24,000 bases of DNA from Alphaproteobacteria bacterium (GTDB lineage: Bacteria > Pseudomonadota > Alphaproteobacteria > JBHICW01): positions 1,459 to 25,458 of the forward strand of contig JBHICW010000006.1 of NCBI GenBank assembly GCA_046759785.1, written 5' to 3'. Under the pieces are notes generated by a model that was given only the letters and a program-made list of their open reading frames with translations, did no database searches and was not told the origin of the DNA. The number at the start of each line of letters is the position of its first letter. Within the stretch, counting starts at the first letter, position 1. Shown piece by piece: positions 15,103 to 22,971 of this stretch. Position numbers and translations under genes: made by a program.

Positions 15103-16993
15103 CGGCGCGTTCCAAGGCCGGGCGAGAGGTGAGCTCGGCGCCGGCCTTGCGGAGGGCGGCGCGGGTCCAAGCGAGCGGCCGGCGAGCCGCGACCTCCGCC
15201 ACCTCCGCCACGTCGTAAGGTTCCTCAGGCCTTACCGGCTTCAGGTGGCTGGCGCCGTGGCGGCGCTGACGGTGGCGGCGGGGACGGTACTGGCGATCGG
15301 CGTGGGGCTGCGCCGCCTCGTCGACGAAGGGTTCGCCAAGGGCGAGGCGGCGCTGTTGGATCAGGCCTTGGTGGCGCTCTTCGCGGTCATCGCGCTGCTC
15401 GCGCTGGCGAGCTATGGGCGGTTCTTTCTCGTCTCCTGGATCGGCGAGCGCCTTGTCGCCGACATCCGGCGTGCCGTGTACGATCACATCATCGGGCTAA
15501 GCCCCAGCTTTTTCGAGATCACCAAGACCGGCGAGGTCCTCTCGCGGCTCACGACCGACACCACTCTCCTACAGGCCGTCATCGGCTCCAGCGCGTCGAC
15601 GGCGCTCAGGAACCTTCTTCTCCTCGTCGGCGGGACGGTAATGCTGGCGATCACGAGCCCGCGGCTCACGGCGCTCGTCTTCGTGATTGTGCCGCTCGTC
15701 ATCCTCCCCATCGTCGTGGTCGGGCGCCGGGTGCGCAGGCTGTCCCGCTTAAGCCAGGATCGCGTGGCCGACGCGGGGGCCCATGTCGAGGAAACCATAA
15801 ACGCTGTCCGCACGGTCCAGGCCTTCGCCCACGAGGACCTCGAGCGCCGCCGTTTCGGGCGCCGGGTGGAGGAGGCCTTCGCCACCGCCGTGCGCCGCGT
15901 GCGTGCGCGGGCCTTGCTCACCGCGCTGGTGATCCTGACCGTCTTCGGGGCGGTTGGGGTGGTACTGTGGATCGGCGGCCACGACGTGCTCGGCGGGCGG
16001 ATCACGGCGGGCGAGCTTTCGGCCTTCGTCTTCTATGCCGTGGTCGTAGCCGGGTCGGTCGGAGCGATCAGCGAGGTCGTCGGGGACCTCCTGCGCGCCG
16101 CCGGCGCGACCGAGCGCCTCGTCGAGCTGCTGGCCACGCGCCCGGTCATCACGGCCCCCGCTCGGCCGAAGGCCCTGCCCGAGCCGGCGCGCGGCGCGGT
16201 GGCTCTGGATGGCGTCACGTTCCGCTACCCGGCGCGGCGGAATCGACCCGCACTGCGGGACTTCACGCTCAGGGTCGAGCCGGGTGAAACGGTCGCGCTC
16301 GTGGGGCCGTCGGGCGCTGGGAAGAGCACCGTCTTCCAGCTTCTCCTCCGTTTCTACGATCCTGACACCGGGACCGTGCGGCTGGACGGGGCGGCCATCC
16401 GCGAGGCGGCGCCCGAGGCGGTGCGCGCCCGGATCGCGGTGGTCCCGCAGGATCCGGTTATCTTCGCGGCCGACGCGTGGGACAACATCCGCTACGGCCG
16501 GCCCGGGGCGTCCGACGCCGAGGTGCGCGCCGCCGCCGAGGCGGCCGCGGCGAGTGAGTTCCTCGACCGCCTGCCGCAGGCGTTCGCAACCTTCCTGGGC
16601 GAGCGCGGGGTGCGTCTCTCCGGCGGCCAGCGCCAGCGGATCGCGATCGCGCGGGCGATCTTGCGAAACGCGCCAATCCTTCTGCTCGACGAGGCGACGA
16701 GCGCGCTCGATGCTGAAAGCGAGCGCGTGGTGCAGGCGGCGCTCGAGACGCTCATGAAGGGCCGGACGACGATCGTCATCGCCCACCGGCTCGCCACCGT
16801 GCTGAAGGCGGACCGCATCGTCGTCATGGATGCGGGCCGGACCGTGGCCACCGGCACGCACGGCGAGCTCATCGCCCAAGGCGGCCTTTATGCCCGCCTT
16901 GCCGCGCTCCAGTTCGATACCGACCGCGCTTTGAGAGGCGAGGACGAGCCGGGCGCCGCCGAGGCCGGGTCATCGCGGCTGTCGGCGGAATAG
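15095..16993 (+). CDS. ABC exporter, fused permease/ATPase (ABCB / MsbA-like half-transporter)
   Basis: N-terminal LRHVVRFLRPYRLQVAGAVAALTVAAG followed by six predicted TM segments. NBD motifs: GPSGAGKST, LSGGQRQRIAIARAIL, LLLDEATSALD, IAHRL. The start is unresolved. Between 15098 and the conserved N-terminus there is no in-frame ATG, GTG or TTG. The candidates are therefore TTG 15095 (8-nt overlap with cyaY) and GTG 14972 (131-nt overlap). Confidence 0.85.
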   Translation: MASGAFQGRARGELGAGLAEGGAGPSERPASRDLRHLRHVVRFLRPYRLQVAGAVAALTVAAGTVLAIGVGLRRLVDEGFAKGEAALLDQALVALFAVIALLALASYGRFFLVSWIGERLVADIRRAVYDHIIGLSPSFFEITKTGEVLSRLTTDTTLLQAVIGSSASTALRNLLLLVGGTVMLAITSPRLTALVFVIVPLVILPIVVVGRRVRRLSRLSQDRVADAGAHVEETINAVRTVQAFAHEDLERRRFGRRVEEAFATAVRRVRARALLTALVILTVFGAVGVVLWIGGHDVLGGRITAGELSAFVFYAVVVAGSVGAISEVVGDLLRAAGATERLVELLATRPVITAPARPKALPEPARGAVALDGVTFRYPARRNRPALRDFTLRVEPGETVALVGPSGAGKSTVFQLLLRFYDPDTGTVRLDGAAIREAAPEAVRARIAVVPQDPVIFAADAWDNIRYGRPGASDAEVRAAAEAAAASEFLDRLPQAFATFLGERGVRLSGGQRQRIAIARAILRNAPILLLDEATSALDAESERVVQAALETLMKGRTTIVIAHRLATVLKADRIVVMDAGRTVATGTHGELIAQGGLYARLAALQFDTDRALRGEDEPGAAEAGSSRLSAE

Positions 16994-17127
16994 GAACGGC
17001 GCCGCGGCCGATCGGCAACGGCTCGAAACGCGCGGAACTCGTTTCCCTCGATGTCTTGACTGGCGAAGGGCTGGTGGCTTGCCCGGCGCCGCCCACGCCT
17101 GACCCCGCGTTCCGGGACGGGCCCAAG

Positions 17128-18552
17128 TCAGCGCTGGGTGAGCTTTAGCTCGATGCGTCGGTTGCGGCGGAAGGCGATCTCGTCGTCGCGAGCGTCGAGG
17201 GGCTGGAACGCGCCGAACCCGGTCGCGGCCAACCGCTCGGGCGGGACCCCGTGGTCGATCAGGAAACGCACGACCGAGATCGCCCGGGCGGTCGACAGCT
17301 CCCAGTTGGAGGGGAATTGGAAGGTCTGGATCGGCCTACGGTCGGTGTGCCCGTCGACGCGCAGGGTCCAGGGGAGGTCGGCGGGGATCTCTTGCGCGAT
17401 CTCCAAGAGCGTTGCGGCAAGGGCCGCGAGCTGGATCATGCCGGGCTCCTCCAGCTCGGCAGAGCCCGAAGCGAAGAGCACTTCCGACTGGAAGACGAAA
17501 CGGTCGCCGACCACGCGGATGTCCGGCCGGTCGCCCAGGACTTCGCGCAAGCGGCCGAAGAACTCCGAGCGGTACCGCTCCAGTTCTTCGACCTTGCCGG
17601 CGAGGGCGATATTGAGGCGCTGGCCGAGGTCCGCGATGATGACCTTCTGCTCCTCGTCCTTGGCCTCGGCCGCCTCGAGGGCGGCGTTGAGTGCCGCAAG
17701 CTGTTGGCGCAGGGCGGCTATCTGCCGGTTTAAGAGTTCGAGCTGTCTTTCCGCCTCGCTGGAAATCTTCCGCTCCTCTGTGAGGTCCCGGTCGCTCTGC
17801 TCGAGGAGGTTCACGACCTCGGCTAGCTGGATTTCCCTTTCCTCCAGCTGCGTCTGGGCCAGCGCCGTGCGCTCCTCCTCCTCCGCGACGCGCGTCTCGA
17901 GCTCGGCCGAGCTGTCGCGCAGCGCGGTGAAGTCCTTTTCGAGCCTCGCCGTCTTGTCCTGACTCTCGGCGAGCGAGGCCGCCATCTGGCTCACCTGGGC
18001 CTCGAGCTCGGCGCGGACCTGCTTGAGCGCCGTGATGTCGCGGCGGAGCCTCTCGATCTCAATGAGCCTTATCTTAAGTGTGTCCTCGCCCACCTCGATC
18101 TCGGTCAGCGCCTGGTCGAGCCGCGTCTTGGTGTCGGCGGCCGCGGCCTCGGCCCCTTCGGCGCGCTCAGTGAGCGTTGCGATCTCTTCCTCCAGGGTCT
18201 GGAGCCTCAGGGTCAGCGTCTCCCGTTCCCCGAAGAGGTTGGCGAGCTGTGCGCTCAGCTCGTCGCGCTCTTCCGTTGAGCGCTGAAGCTCGGCCGAAAG
18301 CTGCGCCATGCTGAGGCGGAGATCGGCGTTCGCCTCGCGCTCGAGAGAGAGCTGCTCCGCAAGCTCGTTGACCTGCCGCTGGAGCTGTCCCAGGGCTTGG
18401 TTTTGCCCCGTCAGGGTGTATCTCAGGAAGAAATCCGCCAGCATGAAGGCCACCAGCAGGAAGATGATGACCATGAGGAGGGCGGCCAGGGCGTCGACGA
18501 ACCCGACCCAGATGTCGCTGGTGCGCGCGGCACGACGAGAGGGGAGGGCCAT
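17128..18552 (-). CDS. MotB-like stator subunit: N-terminal TM helix with conserved Asp, ~300-aa coiled coil, C-terminal OmpA/MotB peptidoglycan-binding domain (474 aa)
   Basis: TM segment IWVGFVDALAALLMVIIFLLV carries an Asp placed as in MotB, ExbD and TolR. A heptad-rich Q/E/L/A region spans about aa 45-330. OmpA-like C-terminus: FQSEVLFASGSAEL...LRVDGHTD...SNWELSTARAISVVRFL...NRRIELKL. Confidence 0.8.
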   Translation of the reverse strand: MALPSRRAARTSDIWVGFVDALAALLMVIIFLLVAFMLADFFLRYTLTGQNQALGQLQRQVNELAEQLSLEREANADLRLSMAQLSAELQRSTEERDELSAQLANLFGERETLTLRLQTLEEEIATLTERAEGAEAAAADTKTRLDQALTEIEVGEDTLKIRLIEIERLRRDITALKQVRAELEAQVSQMAASLAESQDKTARLEKDFTALRDSSAELETRVAEEEERTALAQTQLEEREIQLAEVVNLLEQSDRDLTEERKISSEAERQLELLNRQIAALRQQLAALNAALEAAEAKDEEQKVIIADLGQRLNIALAGKVEELERYRSEFFGRLREVLGDRPDIRVVGDRFVFQSEVLFASGSAELEEPGMIQLAALAATLLEIAQEIPADLPWTLRVDGHTDRRPIQTFQFPSNWELSTARAISVVRFLIDHGVPPERLAATGFGAFQPLDARDDEIAFRRNRRIELKLTQR

Positions 18553-18564
18553 GGGACGGTCGAG

Positions 18565-19710
18565 CTAGTGTCGCTTCGTCTCGTTGGCGGCGGCAATCGT
18601 GCGGGCGAGTAGCTTGATCTCGCTGCGGAGCTCCTCGACCATCTGGGTCCGCCCCGAGACGGTTTCCTCCAGAAGCCGCATCATGCAGACGTCGATGTTG
18701 CGGATGTGGGCGCGGCTCGCGTCGTCGATCCCGGCCTCGTCCCGGCCGGAGATCTCGCTGAGCTTCTGGAGCAGCGGCTTCATGCTCATCTGGCTCTCCC
18801 CGAGCTTCATCATGAGCTGCTGCTCCGTCCGCATCTGGTCGGAGAGGGTGGCGAGCTTCTCGGTGAGCTGCTGGAGGTTCGCATTCGCCGCCATGCGGCC
18901 CTCCTCGCCGCGGGCGAGGGTCCGCTGCAGGTTCTCGAGGCTGTCGGCCGTCTGCTCGAGGAGGGCGCTCACATAGGCCGGGATCGACGGGTCACCCTCG
19001 CCGATCGTCGGAAGGCCGCTCGACAGGCGGGTGAGGCTCGACAGCCAGTCCTCCAGCTCGTTGTAGAAGCGGTTCTGCGCCTGGCTCGCCTGGAGGTCCA
19101 GGAAGCCGAGGAGGAGCGAGCCGGCGAGTCCGAAGAGCGACGAGCTGAACGCCGTGCCCATGCCGCCGAGAGGTGCCGTGAGCCCCTCTTTCAGGCTGCC
19201 GAAGATGTCCGCCACGTTGCCCTCGCCAGCCGAGAGCCCCCCGACCACGTCGCCCACCGAGTAGATCGTCTGCAAGAGGCCCCAGAAGGTTCCCAGCAGC
19301 CCGAGGAAGATGAGGAGCCCGATCAGATAGCGCGAAATGTCGCGCGATTCGTCGAGACGCGCGCTGATCCCGTCGAGAAGCGAGCGCATCGAGATCGCCG
19401 ACAGCGACAGCCCGCCCGCTCGCTCGCCGAGCATGGTCGCCATGGGCGCCAACAGCCGCGGGGGCCGCTGCACCGACAGGCCCGGTTGGCTCCGCCGGAA
19501 GGTCTCGATCCACTTGACCTCGGGGTAGAGCATGGCGACTTGGCGGAAGATGTAAATCACCCCCAGCGCCAGGACACCCAGGATCACGCCGTTGATCACG
19601 GCGTTGGCCATGAAGAACTGGCTGAGCGTGGCGAAGAAAGCCGCCGCGACCAGCAGCACGATCACCAGGAAGCCCAGCATGCGATAGAGAAAGACCTGCG
19701 GGCGACTCAT
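18565..19710 (-). CDS. MotA/TolQ/ExbB-family proton-channel protein with ~165-aa helical cytoplasmic tail (381 aa)
   Basis: Two N-terminal TM helices. Then LIGLLIFLGLLGTFWGLLQTI and GMGTAFSSSLFGLAGSLLLGFL, which is the MotA_ExbB core pattern (LGLLGT..G ... AF..T..GL). The C-terminus is predicted helical or coiled. The stop lies 12 nt before the MotB-like start. Confidence 0.8.
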   Translation of the reverse strand: MSRPQVFLYRMLGFLVIVLLVAAAFFATLSQFFMANAVINGVILGVLALGVIYIFRQVAMLYPEVKWIETFRRSQPGLSVQRPPRLLAPMATMLGERAGGLSLSAISMRSLLDGISARLDESRDISRYLIGLLIFLGLLGTFWGLLQTIYSVGDVVGGLSAGEGNVADIFGSLKEGLTAPLGGMGTAFSSSLFGLAGSLLLGFLDLQASQAQNRFYNELEDWLSSLTRLSSGLPTIGEGDPSIPAYVSALLEQTADSLENLQRTLARGEEGRMAANANLQQLTEKLATLSDQMRTEQQLMMKLGESQMSMKPLLQKLSEISGRDEAGIDDASRAHIRNIDVCMMRLLEETVSGRTQMVEELRSEIKLLARTIAAANETKRH

Positions 19711-19749
19711 TGTGGGACCTCTATCCGCGTGCTTGAGGCCATGCCGCCG

Positions 19750-20652
19750 TCACCGGGGCAGCAGGAAGATGTCGACCCGGTCGGGCGGCCCGCCTTCCGA
19801 CTTGTTGCCGAGCGCACGGACATCGATGCGGGTGCTCCGCACACCCTGGTCAAGGAGGAACGCACGAACCGAAAGCGCGCGCGACAACGACAGACGCCGG
19901 GCCGCGCTCACGGTTCCGGACGTCCCGCCTGCATAGGCCTTGAGCTGCGCGCGGGCAACGTCGCTGGTCGCGAACTTCGCCGCCAGGGCCTTGAGCTCGG
20001 GCTTGACTGCCTCAGGGACCTCCGTCTCGCTGCCGTCGAACCCGATGCGAAGGAGACGCCCTGGCTTGCTCACGTCGAAGTCGACCGAGGGCGGCAGCGC
20101 GGCCACCGCGGTCTGCGTCGCGCTGGCGGCCCGGGTGGGCTCCGGGAGCGGGGTCGGCGCAGGCGGAGGCGGCTCGGGCGTGGCCGCCGCCGGGGCGGGG
20201 ACGGCTGTATCGGTCGGCTCCGGCTCCGGGAGCGGCGTCGGTACGACGACCGTTCCGGAGGCAGGGGCCAGTGCCCCGAGCGCCGCCTCCTCCGATGGCG
20301 GAATGAGCTTGATGGGCGCCAGGCTTGGAGGCGACGTCCCGGGCACGAGCAGCCACCTCGGGTCGCCGCGGGTCAGCACATCGGCATAGGGTGACGGCTG
20401 ACCCAGGGTATCGAGAACGTCCAAATTAACTTCGACGGCCGGCAGGCGGCTGCCACCGATGATCACCGTCTCCTGCGCGTCGCCCGTGGACGGCCAGCCA
20501 CCTGCGGCAACGGCCAGTGTCGCCGCCAGAAGGGCGCATGAGGGACGCGTCGGCGCCCGCGTGCGCCGCCTAATCCAAGCAGCCACGAAAACTCTTCGGT
20601 CTCTTCGGGTTCGGGCCCGTGAGTTCAGTCGCTTCCAGTGCTGCGGCACCAT
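19750..20652 (-). CDS. Exported protein with Pro-rich linker and C-terminal OmpA-like domain
   Basis: Signal-like CALLAATLAVAAGGWPSTGDA. Pro/Glu/Thr linker with PTPLPEP duplicated. C-terminus ARRLSLSRALSVRAFLLDQGVRSTRIDVRALGN resembles the OmpA_C peptidoglycan-binding helix. Start is uncertain among TTG 20676, ATG 20652 and GTG 20586. Confidence 0.6.
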   Translation of the reverse strand: MVPQHWKRLNSRARTRRDRRVFVAAWIRRRTRAPTRPSCALLAATLAVAAGGWPSTGDAQETVIIGGSRLPAVEVNLDVLDTLGQPSPYADVLTRGDPRWLLVPGTSPPSLAPIKLIPPSEEAALGALAPASGTVVVPTPLPEPEPTDTAVPAPAAATPEPPPPAPTPLPEPTRAASATQTAVAALPPSVDFDVSKPGRLLRIGFDGSETEVPEAVKPELKALAAKFATSDVARAQLKAYAGGTSGTVSAARRLSLSRALSVRAFLLDQGVRSTRIDVRALGNKSEGGPPDRVDIFLLPR

Positions 20653-20739
20653 ACCGTAGGTACGTCTTGAGAACAACCGGTTTGGGCGGAGACCGGCGTG
20701 CCGGGGAGGGGTCGGCGAGGCCAGGGTGGGCCTGCTCGC

Positions 20740-21561
20740 CTATGGCCGGCCGGCGGCGCCCGCAGCCCTTTCTTCCCGGCGGACCAGCCTCAGCAACTGG
20801 GGATGCAGGGTGGGGTTCGCGGCGAGAACGCCGCCCGTGCCCAAGACGTCGTCGCCGCCCTCGAGGTCGGTCACATAGCCGCCCGCCTCGCGCACGAGGA
20901 GAATTCCGGCCGCCAGGTCCCACGGGGCGAGGCCAGCCTGCCAGAACCCGTCGAACCGTCCGGCGCTGACGTAGGCGAGATCGAGGGAGGCGGAGCCGAA
21001 GCGGCGCACCCCGACGGTCTCGGCGGCCACGCCCTCCAAGTGGATCAGGAGGTCGGGCCGTTCGCCGGCGCGCCGCCCCGGTTTGCCGACGGCGACCACG
21101 GCGTCGGCCAGCGTCCGGCGCGCGGAGACCCTGAGACGCCGGTCGTTGAGGTACGCGCCGACGCCTTGCTCGGCCCGGAAGAGCTCGTCGCGGAGCGGGT
21201 CGTAGACCACGCCCGCGACGATCTGGCGGTCCCGCTCGAGCGCGATTGAGATCGCGAAGTGGGGGATGCCGTGGAGGAAGTTGATCGTCCCGTCCAGGGG
21301 GTCGACGATCCAGCGCCGCCGGGGGTCACCGCCCTCGATGGTTCCGCTCTCTTCGAGGAGGAAGCCGAAGCCGGGACGAGCCCTGGACAGTTCGGCGTGC
21401 AAGACTTTCTCTGCCTGGAGGTCGGCGGCGGTCACGAAGTTTCTCGGCCCCTTCAGGGAGACCTGGAGGTTCTCCACCTCCCCGAAGTCCCGGATCAGCC
21501 CGCGCGCCGCCTTGTAGGCGGCCCCCGCCATGACCGTGATCAGGGCGGACCGGCTGGCCAC
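20740..21561 (-). CDS. suhB: Inositol monophosphatase family protein (SuhB-like, 273 aa)
   Basis: IMPase motifs: FLLEESG, WIVDPLDGTINFLHGIPHFAISIAL, WDLAAGILLVREAGG. Confidence 0.85.
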   Translation of the reverse strand: MASRSALITVMAGAAYKAARGLIRDFGEVENLQVSLKGPRNFVTAADLQAEKVLHAELSRARPGFGFLLEESGTIEGGDPRRRWIVDPLDGTINFLHGIPHFAISIALERDRQIVAGVVYDPLRDELFRAEQGVGAYLNDRRLRVSARRTLADAVVAVGKPGRRAGERPDLLIHLEGVAAETVGVRRFGSASLDLAYVSAGRFDGFWQAGLAPWDLAAGILLVREAGGYVTDLEGGDDVLGTGGVLAANPTLHPQLLRLVRREERAAGAAGRP

Positions 21562-21574
21562 GGCCGACGACCTT

Positions 21575-22141
21575 TCAGTCCCTGGCGCGTTCGCGGTAGG
21601 TGCCGTCGGCGGTATTGACGACGATCCGCTTCCCGGGCTCGACGAACGGCGGCACCATCACACGCACTCCGTTGTCGAGCTGGGCCGGCTTGAAGGAAGA
21701 GGCGGCCGTCTGTCCCCTCACGACCGCCTCCGTGTCGACGACCGTCGCCACCACGGTCTCGGGGAGCAAGACGGTGATGGGTGTGCCCTCGTGGCTTTCG
21801 ATCGTGACCTCCATCCCCTCCTGGAGAAACACGGCCTGCTCTCCCACCATCTCGCGGTCCACCCCAATCTGGTCGTACGTCTCGGTGTCCATGAACACGA
21901 AGCCGTCGTTCTCCGCGTAAAGATACTGGTAGGGCCGCTGGTCGAGGCGCACGCGCTCCACGCTCTCGGAGGAGCGGAACCGCTCATTGAGCTTGGTTCC
22001 GTCGCGGATGTCCTTGAGCTCGACCTGCATGTACGCCCCACCCTTGCCCGGCTGGGTGTGCTGCACGCGGGTGGCGAGCATGAGCCGACCCCTGTGCTCG
22101 ATGACGTTCCCGGGACGAATGTCGTTGCCGCTGATCTTCAT
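21575..22141 (-). CDS. efp: Translation elongation factor P (188 aa)
   Basis: MKISGNDIRPGNVIEHRGRLMLATRVQHTQPGKGGAYMQVELKDIRDGTK... is the full EF-P pattern, including the PGKGGA loop. ATG at 22141. The 296-aa track ORF over-extends into thiE in another frame. Confidence 0.95.
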   Translation of the reverse strand: MKISGNDIRPGNVIEHRGRLMLATRVQHTQPGKGGAYMQVELKDIRDGTKLNERFRSSESVERVRLDQRPYQYLYAENDGFVFMDTETYDQIGVDREMVGEQAVFLQEGMEVTIESHEGTPITVLLPETVVATVVDTEAVVRGQTAASSFKPAQLDNGVRVMVPPFVEPGKRIVVNTADGTYRERARD

Positions 22142-22193
22142 GCGCCGGCGCCCGCGCCCGGCAGCCGCCCCGGCCGCCGGCGGGCGGAAACTA

Positions 22194-22835
22194 TCAGCTT
22201 GCCCCGACCCTGACAATGACGTCATTGAACGCCCGGATCGCCGCTTTCGACCCCTCCCGATGGTCCCAGACGGCGGCGGAGACCGCGAGAAAATCGGCGC
22301 CGGCCTCGATGAGCGGCGCGCAGTTCTCGAGCGTGACGCCACCCCACGCCACGCAAGGGACGGCGGCCACCGTCGTCCACCAGGTGAGGATCTCTGGGTC
22401 GACGGGCACGATCTCTCCGGCCGCGGGCGAGGGAAAGAAGGGGCCGAAGGCGACGTAGTCCGCACCGGCTTCGCCCGCCACCATCGCCCGATGGCGGGAG
22501 GTGCCGCAGCTCACGCCTAAGATGGCCTCACGCCCAAGCCGACGGCGCGCGGTCCGCAGAGGCGGTCGGGAGGCCTCGAGGTGAACCCCTTCGGCGCCGA
22601 GCTCGACGGCGAGGTCCATCCGATCGGCGATCACGAAGGCCACGTCGCGGGCGTGGCAGAGTGGCATAAGCCTGGCCACCGCTTGCCGCACGTCCTCGTC
22701 GGCGGCACGCGCAAGCCGAAGCTGAAAGCAGGCGACGTCGCCGCCTTCAAGGGCGGCCTCGAGCAGCCCCGCGAACGCCTCAGGCTCTAGGCCGGGCGGA
22801 CTGACCAGGTAGAGCCGGCAGCGCGGCTGGCTCAG
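22194..22835 (-). CDS. thiE: Thiamine-phosphate synthase ThiE; 5' end uncertain
   Basis: The track ORF (GTG 22691) begins mid-domain. The same frame upstream reads LSQPRCRLYLVSPPGLEPEAFAGLLEAALEGGDVACFQLRLARAADEDV, which is the conserved ThiE N-terminus (RLYLV..P). That frame opens just after a TAG at 22839-22841. The only near-cognate start there is CTG 22835. Downstream motifs: DRMDLAVELGAEGVHL, ADYVAFGPFFPS. Confidence 0.75.
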   Translation of the reverse strand: MSQPRCRLYLVSPPGLEPEAFAGLLEAALEGGDVACFQLRLARAADEDVRQAVARLMPLCHARDVAFVIADRMDLAVELGAEGVHLEASRPPLRTARRRLGREAILGVSCGTSRHRAMVAGEAGADYVAFGPFFPSPAAGEIVPVDPEILTWWTTVAAVPCVAWGGVTLENCAPLIEAGADFLAVSAAVWDHREGSKAAIRAFNDVIVRVGAS

Positions 22836-22971
22836 CCCCTACCCCGGTGCGCCTTGGGGGCCGGCCGGCCCCTGTCGATGTGGAGAATCGGGTCGAGCAC
22901 GGCGACGACCTGCGCCCGCAGCCTGCCAAGGCTGAGGGCCCGCCTCCATCCTTGCGCAACGAGGGCGGCTT

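Noticed and set aside
17128-19710. Interpretation of the MotA/MotB-like pair as a Zorya anti-phage system
   Set aside because: There are no ZorC/ZorD/ZorE-like genes adjacent, and the A-subunit tail is much shorter than in ZorA. The flanking genes are housekeeping, with no mobile-element or defence-island signature. I kept it only as an analogy within the stator-module finding.
22142-22465. N-terminal extension of the 296-aa ORF 21575..22465
   Set aside because: EF-P homology starts exactly at MKISGNDIRPGN (ATG 22141). The extension overlaps the thiE 3' end out of frame.
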